In this document: positions 20,130 to 34,267 of the stretch, in pieces
How positions within the stretch are numbered: the first letter of the stretch is position 1
How the letters are laid out: every line of letters begins with the position of its first letter
Source: Prorocentrum cordatum
Lineage: Eukaryota
Direction: 5' to 3'
NCBI GenBank assembly: GCA_963575745.1
Contig: CAUYUJ010000317.1
Span: forward strand, 62,001 to 115,431
Length of the DNA: 53,431 bases
Notes under the pieces: model-generated
The model's input: the letters and a program-made list of their open reading frames with translations, nothing else
Database searches by the model: none
Told to the model about the DNA's origin: nothing
Position numbers and translations under genes: made by a program

Positions 20130-21284
20130 GTATGTTAGCCGAGCTAGGTCCGCAAACCTATTCGTATTATTCGAGGCATCTTGACATGAACTCTCGGTTT
20201 TCTGTACTTAACTCGAGCTTTAGGACAGCTACAGAGCTGATATTAACAGAAACCGATTCAGAATCATCAGTTGCATTTGTCTGTCGAATCCAGAGCTCTG
20301 AACTCGGTCTGCTGCGCGATCTAGAATTGCGAAATTATTCGTATTGGTCGAGTGATCTTGAGAAGTGGTCTGGGTTTTCTTGACTCAACTCGCGCTGAGG
20401 GGTGCTACAGTGCTTCTTGTCACAGGAATCGATTCGAAGACATCAGGCGCGTCCGTCTGTCGAATTCAGAGCTTGGAACTCGGTCTGCTGCCCAAATCAC
20501 GTCTGCGAAACTAATCTGTTCGAGTCATCCTGAGAGGTGCTGTCGGTTTTCTGCACTTAACTCGGGCTGTAGGGGGGCTGCAGGTCTGGTAATGACAGGA
20601 GTCGATTCGCAGACATCAGATGCGTCCGCCTGTCGCATTTAGAGGTCAAAAAATATTCACTATGAGTCGGAATGTTGGTAGGTGCTGTCGGTTTTCTCAA
20701 CTTAAGTCGAGCTAGGAAGCTCTACGAGTCTCCCGGCAGTAACCAAGGTTGACGGTTTACCGCCGGCGCCCAGTTAAGAGGTCCCAAGGAGGTTTCAAAA
20801 AACTCCCATGAATTCTCCTTCCCCCCTCCCCTGGAATAACTCGTAGAGCTTCCCTGAGCAAGCTATTGCTGGAAGCTTAAGAGTACCTCGTAGACCTCTT
20901 CGGCTTCGATGAGCTAGAGGAATTCGGGCGCGGGGTGGAGCTAGTTGGCCGACCCGGCCGCGACGGACAATGTGCGAACTTTGGCTCGGTTGGACGATCT
21001 TTGTTCCCGGAGAGCACGCTGAGAGCTAAAGGGTTTAAGATTAGAAGCCGGACGGTGGTGGTGGCCGCCAGGAGCTCCTCCACGGCGGTCCACAGGCCTC
21101 ACAGGGGTTCGTTTGAGCCGGCAGCTGGTCCGGGAGAGCTTCCGGCAAGCTTCCACGCGTGCCTGCAAGCGTGCAGGCACGCAGGGAAGCGTTTCTGGTA
21201 GCGCTTCAGCAGCGCTGCAGGGGAGCTTCCCAGTTCCTTAGGCCCCCTTCGCTCTCCGGGTTTTTCCCGGAAAGCTCGCTGAGA
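20130..21284. repeat. Near-identical duplicate of 36223-37380
   Basis: Identical translated ORFs (20132 vs 36225, 20935 vs 37031); only a 3-bp indel and a few SNPs are visible. Confidence 0.9.
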
Positions 21285-23537
21285 CTCAAAGAGCCTGCAA
21301 GAAATTTTTCTTGCCAACTAGCTCTCCAGCGCCCCGGAACCTGCGCCGGCGGTGAACCGTCAACCTGGTCACCGCCGGGAACCTCGTAGAGCTCCTGGCA
21401 CCCGTAAGAAAGCTCAGGATCGAAGCGGAGAGCTTCTGGGAGCTTTTCTAGAAAAACGTCAAACTGAGATTTTCGGAGTGAAGATGAAGTCGGTTCCCGG
21501 GAGTCAACTAATACTAAAACTGGCTCTAGAGAGCTGAGCTGCTCAGGGAACAAAGTTTATATGCCAATGCTCGGCGTAAGAATCTGCTTACTCAAAATAA
21601 ATGGTCAAATATCTTTCAGATATTCGCAAAACCACCCAAAAGTCGTCACATTGTCCTTTCTGGTCGGGTCGACCAACTGGCGCCGGCGGTGAACCGTCAA
21701 CCTGGTCACCGCCAGAAACGTCGTAGAGCTCCTTTTACCCTTAAGAGCGCCCAGAATCGAAGCAGAGAACTTCGCAGTAGATTTTCTTCAAATCTTCAAT
21801 TTTCAATTTTTATGCCAATCTGATGGTCAGGTTCCTGGCTTCGCTCAGAAGAATTTGTCGACGGAATGAGCTGAGAATTTGAGAGGCAACTTCTGTGATG
21901 CAAAGCTTCGCTCTGCGCAATTATCAGCCCAAACGAATGGTGGAGCTGCAAAATCGGCTGAGCCAGGCCGCGGATGGTATGATTGCGTCCCTTTTCGAAA
22001 TTTCGCCAACTAGCTCCACCCTGTCGCCGACTGGGCGCCGGCGGTAAACCGTCAACCTTTCTTACCGCCGGGGGACTCGTAGAGCGTCCTGACAAAATAT
22101 AATGCGGAACAAAAAATGTAGAGAACGAATAGTTTTTTAGCCCAAGCGATTTCATACCTCTCGATGCAACAGCCGAACGCCCCCGATGCTTCTGGTTTGT
22201 CTTCTGTACGAGCTCTGTAGCTCTCCTGCAGCCCGAGTTAAGTGCGTAAATCGACAGCACCTCTCAAGATGACTCTAATGAAACGAGTAGTTTGGCAACC
22301 CAGCTCGATTATCGAACCGAGTTCAGACCTCTGAATACGAGAGGCGGGCGCGTCTGATGTCTGCGAATCGACTCCTGTGATTACCAGCCCTGCAGCCCCC
22401 CTACAGCCCGAGTTAAGTGTTGAAAACCGACAGCACCTCTCAGGATGACTCGAACAATACAATAGTTTCGCGTCTTGTTCGGGCAGCAGACCGAGTTCCG
22501 AACTCTGCATTCGACAGGCGGACGCGTCTGATGTCTTCAAATCGATTCCTGTGACCAATATCACTGTAGCCCCCCCCCCCCAGCCCGAGTTGAGTGCAGA
22601 AAACCGAGAGCACTTCTCAAGATGACTCGAACAATACGAATAGTTTCGCGATTCTAGATCGAGCAGCAGACCGAGTTCAGAGCTCTGGATTCAACAGACA
22701 AATGCAAATGATGATTCTGAATCGGTTCCTGTTAGTATAAGCTCTGTAGATGTCCTAAAGCTCGAGTTAAGTACAGAAAACCGAGAGTATCTGTCAAAAT
22801 GACCCGAATAATACGAATAGGTTTGCGGACCTAGCTCGGCTAGCAGACCGAGTTCAGACCTCTGGATTCAACAGGCGAACGCGCCTGATCATTCTGGATC
22901 GATTAGCTGTGCTTACCAGCTCTGTAGCTGTCCTGAAGCTCGAGTTATGTTCAGAAAACTGCCATCGCGTCTCAAGATGACTTGAAACGGCCGATCCCGC
23001 CTGCCTGCTTTTTGGCATTAAAAGGTACTCGATCGAGCTGAGATCAAGATGGCGAGCGCGAATAAGATCGAATGTCATGGGAAAAAATACTAGAGCTCTA
23101 ACGAATTGTTGAATTTGAAAACAAAATTTTGACCCGACCAAAAGCCACCAAAAGGTCCGTCGAGATTTTTCTTGCCAACTAGCTCTCCAGCGCCCCGGAA
23201 TTACTGGCGCCGGCAGTGAACCGTCAACCTGGTCACCGCCGGGAACCTCGTAGAGCTCTTTTCACGCGTGAGAGAGCTCAGAGTCGAAAGAGAGAGATTC
23301 AGGAGGCATTTCTCGAAAAATTACCATTTTTTTTGCATGTCGACATGAAGTCGGTTCCCCCAAGTGTGTTTATAATAAAAGTGCGCCTAGAGAGCTCATA
23401 TTGAGACGCAGAGGCCCTCATAGTCGTTTACAGGTGCGAAAAATCTGCTTTCTAAAAATGAATGGTCAAATATCTCTCAAATCTTGGCAAAACCATCCAA
23501 AAGTTGTCACTTTGTCCTTTCTGGCCGGGTCGGGCAA

Positions 23538-25820
23538 CTGGGCGCCGGCGGGAAACCGTCAACCTTCGTTCCCGCCGGGGGACTCGTAGAGCTTCCCGAC
23601 AACATATAATGTCGAAAGAAATTACACATAACAAATAGTTTTTCAGCCCAAGCAATTTCAGACCTCTCAGATGCAACAGCCGAACGCCCCCGATGCTTCT
23701 GGATTGTCTTCTGTACGAGCTCTGTAGCTACATGCGTAAATCGACAGCACCTCTCAAGATCACTCGAACAATACGAATAGTTTGGCAAACCTAGCTCGAG
23801 TATTAGATCGAGTTCAGACCTCTGCATGCGACAGGCAGACGCGTCTGATGTCTCTGAATCGATTCCTGTGATTACCAGCCCTGCAGCCCCCCCTACAGCC
23901 CGAGTTAAGTGCAGGACACCGACAGCACCTCTCAGGATGACTCGAACAATACGAACAGTTTCGCGGACCTAGTTCGGGCAGCAGACAGAGTTCGGAGCTC
24001 TGGATTCGGAAGACGAACGCGCCTGATGTCTCCGAATCGATTCCAGCGATTACCAGCCATGCGGCCCCCCTACAGCCCGAGTTAAGTGCAGAGAACCGAC
24101 AGCATCTCTCAAGATGACTCGAACAATACGAATAGTTTCGCAATTCTAGATCGGGCAGCAGACCGAGTTCAGAGCTCTAGATTCAACAGACAACGGCCAC
24201 TGATGATTCTAAATCAGATTCTGTACGCATCAGCTCTGTAGGTGTCCTGTAGCTCGAGTTAAGTACATAAGACCGAGAGCGTCTGTCAAGATGACTCGAA
24301 TAATACACATAGGTTTGCGGAGCTAGCTCGACTAGTAGACCGAGTTCAGACCTCTGGGTTCAACAGGCGAACGCGCCTGATCATTCTGAATCGATTAGCT
24401 GTGCTTACCAGCTCTGTACCTGTCCTGAAGCTCGAGTTATCTTGAGAAAACCGTCAGCGCGTATCAAGATGACTCGAAACGGCCGATCCCGCCTGGACGC
24501 TTTTTGGCAGTAAAAGCCACCCGATCGAGCTGAGATCAAGATGACGAGCGGTAATAAGATCGAATATCACGGGAAAAATACTAGAGCTCTAACGAATGGC
24601 TGAATTCCGAGAACAAAATTTTCAACCGACCAAAAGTCAGCAAAAGGTCCGTCGAGATTTTTCTTGCCAACTGGGCGCCGGCGGTAAACCGTCAACCTTT
24701 GTTACCGCCGGGGGACTCGTAGAGCTTCCTGACAACATGTAATGTCGAAACAAATTTCGACGAAAAATAGCTTTTCAGCCCAAGCAATTTCAGACCTCTC
24801 GGATGCAACGGCCGAACGCCCCCGATGCTTCTGGATTGTCTTCTGTACGAGCTCTGTAGCTCTCCTACAGCCCGAGTTACGTGCGTAAATCGACAGCATC
24901 TCTCAAGATCACTCAAACAATACGAATAGTTTGGCAAACCTAGCTCGAGTATCAGACCGAGTTCAGACCTCTGCATGCGACAGGCGGACGCGTCTGATGT
25001 CTCTGAATCGATTCCTGTGATTACCAGCCCTGCAGCCCCCCTTACAGCCCGAGTTAAGTGCAGGACACCGACAGCACCTCTCAGGATGACTCGAACAATA
25101 CGAATAGTTTCGCAGACCTAGTTCGGGCAGCAGACAGAGTTCGGAGCTCTCGGTTCGAAAGGCGGACGCGCCTGATGTCTCCGAATCGATTCCAGTGATT
25201 ACCAGCCATGCAGCCCCCCCTACAGCCCGAGAAAAGTGCAGAGAACCGACAGCATCTCTCAAGATGACTCGAAAAATACGAATAGTTTCGCGATTCTAGA
25301 TCGGGCAGCAGACCGAGTTCAGATCTCTGGATTCAACAGACAACGGCCACTGATGATTCTGAATCAGATTCTGTACGTATCAGCTCTGTAGCTATCCTGT
25401 AGCTCGAGTTCGGTACAGAAAACCGAGAGCGTCTGTCAAGATGACTCGAATAATACGAATAAGTTTGCGGAACTAGCTCGGCTAGCAGACCGAGTTCAGA
25501 CCTCTGGGTTCAACAGGCGAACGCGCCTGATCATTCTGAATCGATTAGCTGTGCTTACTAGCTCTGTAGCCGTCCTGAAGCTCGAGTTATCTTGAGAAAA
25601 CCGTCACCGCGTATCAAGATGATTCGAAACGGCCGATCCCGCCTGCCTGCTTTTTAGCTGTGAAAGGTACCCGATCAAGCTGAGATCAAGATGGCGAGCG
25701 GGAATAAGATCGAATATCATGGGAAAAATACTAGAGCGCAAACGAATTGTTGAAATCCGAGAACAAAATTTTCAACCGACCAAAAGTCAGCAAAAGGTCC
25801 GTCGAGATTTTTCTTGCCAA
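23538..25820 (-). mobile_element. Two head-to-tail family A copies (1133 and 1150 bp)
   Basis: Hairpin ends start at 23538, 24671 and 25821; the joins at 24670/24671 and 25820/25821 read ttcttgccaa|ctgggcgcc. Confidence 0.75.
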
Positions 25821-27442
25821 CTGGGCGCCGGCGGTAAACCGTCAACCTTTGTTGCCGCCGGGGGACCCGTAGAGCTTCCTGAGAACACAGAATGTCGAAA
25901 AAAATTACACCGATAAAAAGTTTTTCAGCCCAAGCAATTGCAAACCTCTCGGATGCAACAGCCGAACGCCCCCGATCCTTTTGGATTGTCTTCTGTACGA
26001 GCTCTATAGCTCTCCTACAGCCCGAGTTGCGTGCGTAAATCGAGAGCACCTCTCAAGATGAATCGAACAATACGGATAGTTTGGCAAACCTAGCTCGAGT
26101 ATCAGACCGAGTTAGGACCTCTGCATGCGACACGCGGACGCGTCTGATGTCTCTGGATCGATTCCTGTGATTACCAGCCCTGCAGACCCCCTACAGCTCG
26201 AGTTAAGGTGCAGGAAACCGACAGCACCTCTCAAGATCACTCGAACAATACAAATAGTTTTGCAGACCTAGTTCGGGCAGCATACAGAGTTCGAAGCTCT
26301 GGATTCGAAAGGCGCACGCGTCTGATGTCTCCGAATCGATTCCAGTGATTACCAGCCATGCAGCCCCCCCTACAGCCCGAGAAAAGTGCAGAGAACCGAC
26401 AGCATCTCTCAAGATGACTCGAACAATACGAATAGTTTCGCGATTCTAGATCGGGCAGCAGATCGGGTTCAGAGCACTGAATTCAACAGACAACGGCCAC
26501 TGATGATTCTGAATCAGATTCTGTACGTATCAGCTCTGTAGCTGTCCTGTAGCTCGACTTAAGTACAGAAAACCGAGAGCGTCTGTCAAGATGACTCGAA
26601 TAATACGAACAGGTTTGCGGACCTAGCTCGGCTAGCAAATTTTCTTGCCAACTAGCCCTCCAGCGCCCGGAATTACTGGGCGCCGGCGGTAAACCGTCGA
26701 CCTTTCATACCGCCGGGAGCTCGTAGAGCTTCCTCACAATATGTAATACCGGAAACAAATTCTAAAGAACGAATAGTTTTTCAGCCCAAGCGATTTCAGA
26801 CCTCTCGATGCATCAGCCAAACGCCCCCGATGCTTCTAGATTGTCTTCTGTACGAGCTCTACAGGTCTTCTACAGCCCGAGTAACGTGCGGAAATCGAGA
26901 GCACCTCTGAAGATGACTTGAACAAAACGAAATACTTTCGCAAACCTAGCTCGAGTATCAGAGCGATTTCGACCTCTGAATGCGACAGGCGAACGCGTCT
27001 GATGTCTTCGAATCGAGTCATGTGATTACTAGCACTGCAGCCCCTCTACAGCCCGAGTTGAGTGCAGAAAACCGACAGCACCTCCGAGGATGACTCGAAC
27101 AATACAAACAGTTTCGGAGACCTAGTTCGGAACTCTGGATTCGACAGGCGAACGCGCCTGATGTCTCCAAATCGATTCCAGTAACTACCAACCCTGCAGC
27201 CCCCCTACAGCCCAAGTTAAGTACAGAAACCCGACAGCACCTCTCAAGCTGACTCGAACAATACGAAAAGTTTCCCGATTCTAGATCAGACACCAGACCG
27301 ATTCAGAGCTCTGCATTCAACAGGCGAACGCGAATGACCATTCTGAATCGGTTTCTGTGAGTATCAGCTCTACAGCTGATATATAGCTTGAGTTGAGTAC
27401 AGAAAACCAAGAGCGTCTGTCAAGATGACTCGAATAATACGA

Positions 27443-27840
27443 CTGGCGCCGGCGGTGAACCGTCAACCTGGTCACCGCCGGGAACCTTGTAGAGCTGCTT
27501 TCACGCGTAAGGGTGCTCAGAGTCGAAAGAGAGAGCTTCTGGAAGCATTTCTCGAAAAAGGGAAACATTGATTTTCTTCGTGTCGACATGAAGTCGGTTC
27601 CGCTAAGTGTTTAGATAGTAAATGTGCGCCTACAGAGCTCATACTAAGACAGAGAGGCCCTCATAGTCGTTTACAGGTGCGAAAAATCTGCTTCCTAAAA
27701 ATCAATTGTCAAATATCTTTGAAACAATTGCAAAACCACCCAAAAGTTGTCACATTGTCTCTTTTGGTCGGGTCGACCAGCTAGCTCCACCCCGCGCCGG
27801 AATTCCTCTAGCTCATCGATGCCAAAGAGCTCTACGAGGT
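27443..27840 (-). mobile_element. Full-length family B element (~398 bp, no central satellite)
   Basis: a|ctggcgccggcggtgaac...gtcaccgccgggaacct at the left and gagctctacgaggt|a at the right; colinear with 32308-32704 and inverted relative to 37759-38155. Confidence 0.7.
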
Positions 27841-30800
27841 AATAGTTTTGCGGCCCTAGCTTGACTATCAGACCGAGTTCAGACCTATGGATGTAACAGA
27901 CGGACGCGCCTGATCATTCTGACATGATAAGGTGTGCTTACCAGCTCAGACAACCCAGTTAAGTGTAGAGAACCGACAGCACCTCTCAAGATGATTCGAA
28001 CAACACGAATACGTTCGCGATTCTAGATCGGGCAGCAGACAGAATTCAAAGCTCTGGATTCAACAGAGAAACGCGACTGATTATTCTGATCGGTTTCTGT
28101 AAGTATCAGCTCTGTAGCTGTCCTATAGCTCGAGTTTACTGCAGAAAACCGAGAGCACCTATCAAGATTACTCGAAAAATCAAGTAGATTTACGGACCTA
28201 GCTCGGCTAGCAGACCGAGTTCAGACTTCTAGATGCAACAGACGGACGCGCCTGATCATTCTGACATGATGAGGTGTGCTTACCCGCTCTGTAGCTGCCC
28301 TACAGCTCGATTTAAATAAATGTCGACAACGCGTATCAAGATGACATGAAACGGCCGATCCCGTCAGTTTGCGTTTTGGCAGTAAAAGATACCCGATCGA
28401 GCCGACCAATAGTCATCCCGTCGAGATTTTCCTCGCCAACTAGCTCTCGAGCGCCAGAAATACTCTTAAGCTTCGAGCAACGGCCACAGGCGGAAACCGT
28501 TAAGCTGGTCACCGCCGCGCCGGGAACCTCGTAGAGCTTGCACCCGTAAGAAAGCTCAGCATCGAAGTAAAGAGCGTTTGGGAACTTTTCGAGAAACATG
28601 TCAACTTAACATTTTCGAAGTGAAGATCAAGTCGGTTCCGGGAAGTCAACTAACACTTACACTGGGTCTAGAGAGCTGAGCTGCTCAGAAATCGAAGTTT
28701 CTATGCCAATAATCGGCGTAAAAATCTGCTATCTCAAAATAAATGGTCAAATATCTTCCACATCTGCGCAAAACCGACCGAAAGTTACCACATTGTCCTT
28801 TCTGGTCGGGTCACTTGGTAGCGTTCACTTGGTAGCGTCCAAAACCCGAAGAGCGAGGAGGCCCTTGGGACGAGAAATCCTTGCTAGGGAGCCCTCTGGG
28901 GCCCTTTGAACCGAAGGCAGTGCCAGGCACGCCTCAATGGATACCTGCACGCATGCCGGCGCGTGGACGTGTGCCTTCCTGCAATGCTCTGTCAAACCCT
29001 CTTGGGGCGCCTCCAGAGTACTGTCAACTTTCTGAAGCGATCCTGTATTGCTGCGAATCCGCTGCCGGGCCGGGCGAGTTGCTGCGAGGATTCGAGAGCG
29101 GTGGATGTGGGCTGCTTGCAGGCACCACGACCGTCCGCCCTTCTAATCTAAACGCTCTAGCTCTCAGAGAGCTCTCCGGGAAACCTGTTGGTGTCCAAAA
29201 CCCGGACAGCGCGCGCAGACGAGTCTCGTCGCGCCAGCGATCTGGAAGGTGGCTGGCGTCGCGCGTGTCACTGCGCTCGCCTCAGGTTGAAACGCTGCGT
29301 GCGCTTGGCCAGGTGCACGTCTTGAACGTGCGCGGAGATACCAGCTTCTAAAGGGCTGCAACTGTAATTCTCCAAGACCCGGATAGCGCGCGTACACGAG
29401 TCTCGTCGCGCCAGAGATCTGGAAGGTGGCTGGCGCCGCGCGTGTCATTGCGCTCGCCTCAGGTGCTCCACAAGCTGCGTGCGCATGGCCGGGTGCACGT
29501 CTTGAACGTGCGCGGAGATGCCAGCTTCTGGAGGGCTGCAACTTGGTAGCGTCCACTTGGTAGCGCTCAAAGCCCGAAGAGCGAAGATACCCTCAGGGGG
29601 CGCCCCGGCAGCGCTGCTGGAGCGCTGCCAGGAATGCTTCCATGCGTGCCTGCAGACTGGCGCCGGCGGTGAATCGTCAACCTGGTCACCGCCGGGAACC
29701 TCGTAGAGCTCATTTCACGCGTAAGAGTGCTCGGAGACGAAAGAGAGAGCTTCTGGAAGCATTTCTCGAAAAAAAATGATTTTTTCGTGTCGACATGAAG
29801 ATGGTTCCGCCAGGTGTTTTGATAGTAAAAGTGCGCCTACACTCATACTGAGACAGAGAGGCCCTCGTAGTCGTTCACAGTGCGAAACATCTGCTTTCTC
29901 AAAATGAATTGTCAAATATATTTTTAAAAAATTGCAAAACCACCCAAAACTGGGCGCCGGCGGTAAACCGTCAACCTTTGTTACCGCCGGGGGCTCGTAG
30001 AGCTTCCTGACAACATATAATGTCAAAAAAATTGCAGAGAACGATTAGTTTTTCAGCCCAACTGGAGTATCAGATCGAGTTCAGACCTCTGAATGCGACA
30101 GACGGACGCGTCTGATGTCTCCGAATCGATTCCTGTGATTACCCGCCCTGCAGCCTCCCCACAGCCCGAGTTAAGTGCAGAACGCCGACAGTAGCTCTCA
30201 AGATGACTGGAAGAATACGAACAGTTTCGTGATTCTGGATCGTGCAGCAGACCGAGTTCAGAGCTCTGGATTCGACAGACAAACGCGACTGATGATTCTG
30301 AATCGGTTTCTGTAACTATCAGCCCTGTAGCTGTCCTATAGCTCGAGTTAAGTGCAGGAATCCGAGAGCGCCTATCAAGATGATTCGAATAATACGAATA
30401 GGTTTGCGGACCTGGCTCGGCTAGCAGACCGAGTTCAGACCTCTGGTTGGAACAGCCGAACGCGCCTGATGATTCTGAATCGATGAGGCGTGCTTGCCAG
30501 CTCTGTAGCTGTCCTATATCTCGAGTTAAGTTCAGAATACCGACAGTGCGAATCAAGATGACTTGAATAATACGAAAAGGTTTGCGGACCTAGCTCGGCT
30601 AGCAAACCGAGTTCAGAGCTCTCGATTCAACAGGCGAACGCACCTAATCATTTCACATCGATTAGCTGTGCTTACCAGCTCTGTAGCTGTCCTACAGCTC
30701 GAGTAAAGTACAAAATACCGACAACGCGTATCAAGATGACTCGAAACGGCCGATCCCGCCATTGTGCTTTTTCGCAGTAAAAGATACCCGATCGAGCTGA

Positions 30801-32307
30801 GATCAAGATGACGAGCGGGAATAAGATCGAATATCACGGGAAAAAATGCTAGAGCACAAACGAATTTCTGTTTTTTGAGAACAAAATTTTCAACCGACCA
30901 AAAACTGTGAAAAGTTCAGTTCTTTTTTTCGAGCCAACTAGCTCTCCAGCGCGCCGGAATCACTCTTAAGCTTCCAGCAACTAGCTTAGGGAAGCTCTGC
31001 GAGTCAGTTACCACTGGGAACCGGCGGTAAACCGTCAACCAGGTTACCGCAGGGACCCTCGTAGAGCTCTTTTCTCACACCGCGCTCCTCAGAACACATG
31101 GAGTAAGCTTCTGGAGTGAGAAACGAAAAAATCAAGAAATCACGTTTTTCTGTTTTTATCGAACGTCGGTTGCTCCAAGTGTTTTGACAGAAATACTGCA
31201 CCTACATACCTCAAAATTTTACTGGCAGACGTCTTAACCCAATACAGGTGCGAAAAATGTGCTTTCTCAAAATGAATTGTCAAATATCTTTCTCGCTGGG
31301 CTGTGTCCTTTCTCAAAAAGTAATCACTTTGTCCTTTCCGCCGGGTCGGCCAACTAGCTCCACCCCGCGCCGGAATTCCTCTAGCTCATCGGTGACGAAG
31401 AGCTCTACGAGGTACTGGGCGCCTGCGGTAAACCGTCAACCTTTCTTACCGCCGGGGGACTCGTAGAGCTTCCTGACAATATATAGTGTGCAAAAGAATT
31501 TCAGAGAACTACTAGTTTTTCAGCCCAAGCGATTACAGATCTCTCAAGATGACTCTAACAAAACAAACGAACAGTTTTTTAATCGAGCTCGAGTATAAAA
31601 CCGAGTCCAGACCTCTGAATGCGACAGGCGGACGCGCCTGATGTCTGCAGATCGATTCATGTGATTAACAGCTCTGCAGCCCCCCATACAGCCTGAGTTA
31701 AGTGCAGAAAACCGAGAGTACCTCTCAGGATAACTCGAATAATACAACAGGTTCGCGGATCTCGTTCGAGCAGCAGACCGAGTTCCGAGCTCTCGGTTCG
31801 ACGAACGGGCGCGCCGCATGTCTCATAATCGATTCCTGTGACCAGCAGCACTGTAGCCCTCCCCCAGCACGATTTAAGTACAGAAAACCGAGACCACTTC
31901 TCAAGATGACTCGAACAATTAGATTCGCGAACCTCGCTCGGGAAGCAGGCCGAGTTCAGAGCTCTTGATTCAACAGACGAACGCGCCTGATAATTCTCAA
32001 TCGATTTCTGTGATTATCAGCTCTGTGGCTGCCCTACAGATCGAGTTGAAAACGAAAAACCGAGAGCGTCCACGACAATGACTCGAATAATACGAAAAGG
32101 TTTGCGACCCTAGCTCGGCTAGCAGACCGAGTTCAGACCTTTCGATTCAACTGCATTAGCTGTGCTGACCAGCTCTGTAGTTGTCCTCAAGCTCGATTTC
32201 GCTTGAGAAAACCGACAGCGCGTATCGAGATGACTCGAAAGGTACGTGCAGGTACGCGTGAAAGCTTGCCGGAACCTTTCCCAGGTCCGTTGCCGGCTCT
32301 CCGGGAA

Positions 32308-32704
32308 CTGGCGCCGGCGGTGAACCGTCAACCTGGTCACCGCCGGGAACCTCGTAGAGCTCCTTTCACGCATCAGAGTGCTCAGAGTCGAAAGAGACAG
32401 CTTCTGGAAGCATTTCTGGAAAAGAGGAAAAAATGATTTTTTCGTGTCGTCATGAAGATGGTTGCTCCAAGTGTTTGAAAAGACAAAGAGCGCCCACGCA
32501 GCTCATACTAAGACAGAGAAGCCCTCATAGTCGTTTACAGGTGCGAAAAATCTGCTTTCTCAAAATGAATGCTGAAATATCTTTCAAAAAATCGCAAAAC
32601 TACCCAAAAGTTATCACTTTGTCCGTGCTGGCCGGGTCGGCCAACTAGCTCTACCCCGCGCCGGAATTCCTCTAGCTCATCGATGACGAAGAGCTCTACG
32701 ACGT
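32308..32704 (-). mobile_element. Full-length family B element
   Basis: Same ends and interior as 27443-27840. Confidence 0.7.
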
Positions 32705-33239
32705 ACTTGTAAACGATCAAAACCCGGATAGCGAGACGCAGCGTGAAGCGCAGAGCACTGCAGAACCCGAGACCCCACGGAAGGGCACGTGGAGCGGTGG
32801 GCGGAAAGGTGCGGCAGCGAACGCGCACCGGCCAGCTTCTTCTCTAACAACCCTACGTAGCACACGAGGCTATCTGGGAACACGTGCGTGGTGGCGCTCG
32901 AAAGCTGGCATGGCGCGCTCCTGAAGGGCAGAGAGCGACGCTTCCACGCGTGCCTGCACGCGTGGGCGCTCGCTGCCCGGGAAGCTTCGCGAGGCCTCTG
33001 GGGCACGTTCGCGGGGCCTCTGGAGCACGTTCTACGGGAACGTATTGGAACAGACGCTCCGGGACACGCTGCGGAACCCGAGACCCCACGGAAGGGCACG
33101 TGGAGCGATGGGCGGAAGGGTGCGGCGGCGTACGCGCACCGGCCGGCTTCTTCTCTAACAACCCTACGTAGCCCACGGGGCTATCCGGGAAAAGCTGCTT
33201 GGCTCGAGAAAGCTCGTCTGGCGCGCTCCTGAAGGGCAT

Positions 33240-34267
33240 AACTCGTAGAGCTTCCCTGAGCAAGTTATTGCTGGAAGCTAAGAGTAATTCCGGCGCGCCC
33301 CAGAGCTAGTTGGCTCGAAAAATCTCGACGGAACTTTTGACAACTTTTGGTCGGTTGAAAATTTTGTTCTCGAAATTTGACAATTCGTTAGGGCTCTAGT
33401 ATTTTTTCCCGTGATATTCGATTTTATTCCCGCTCGCCATCTTGATCTCAGCTCGATCGGGTGAATATTACTATCGAATAGCACTGTGGCGGGATCGGCC
33501 GTTTGGAGTCATCTTGATACACGGTGACGGTTTTCTCAAGATAACTCGAGTTTCAGGGCAGCTACAGAGCTGGTCAGCACAGCTTATGCATCCGGAATCA
33601 TCAGGCGCGTTCGCCTGTTGAACCCAGAGGTCTGAACTCGGTCTGATAGCCGAGCTAGGTGCGCAAACCTATTCGTATTATTCGAGTCATCTTGACATGC
33701 GCTCTCGGTTTTCTGTACTTAAATCGAGCTCTAGGACAGCTACAGAGCTGATGTTTACAGGAACGGATGCAGAATCATCAGTTGCGTTTGTTTGTCGAAT
33801 CCAGAGCTGTGAACTCGATTTGCTGCCCGATCTAGAATCACAAAATTATTCGTATTGGTCGAGTCATCTTGAGAAGTGCTATCGGTTCTCTTCACTGAAC
33901 TCGCGCTGAGGGGGGCTACAGTGCTTGTTGTCACAGGAATCGATTTAAAGAGATCAGGCGTGTCCGCCTGCCGAATCGAGATCTCGGAACTCGGTCTGCT
34001 GCCCGAACTAGGTCCGCATGTTTATTGTATTGTTCGAGTCATGGTGCTGTCGGTTTTCCGCATTCAACTCGGGCTGTAGGGGTGGTCTTGAGGGGTCGAT
34101 TCGCAGACATCAGACGCGTCCGCCTGTCGCATTCAGAGGTCGAAAAATATTTACTATCAGTCGGAATGTTGGTAGGTGCTGTCGGTTGTCTCAACTCAAG
34201 TCGAGCTAGGAAGCTCTACGAGTCCCCCGGCGGTAACCAAGGTTGACGGTTTACCGCCGGCGCCTAG
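33240..34267 (+). mobile_element. Apparently full-length family A element (~1.03 kb)
   Basis: ACTCGTAGAGCTTCC (33241-33255) is a perfect inverted repeat of GGAAGCTCTACGAGT (34209-34223). It is followed by hairpin ccggcggtaa...ttaccgccgg and the end cctag|t, with 177-bp repeats inside. Confidence 0.75.

Noticed and set aside
19435..30556. 59-aa repeat protein from the 177-bp monomer (e.g. NYSYCSSHLERCCRFSALNSGCRG)
   Set aside because: 177 is divisible by 3, but monomers carry frequent 1-bp indels and stops, and no frame is maintained across a unit.
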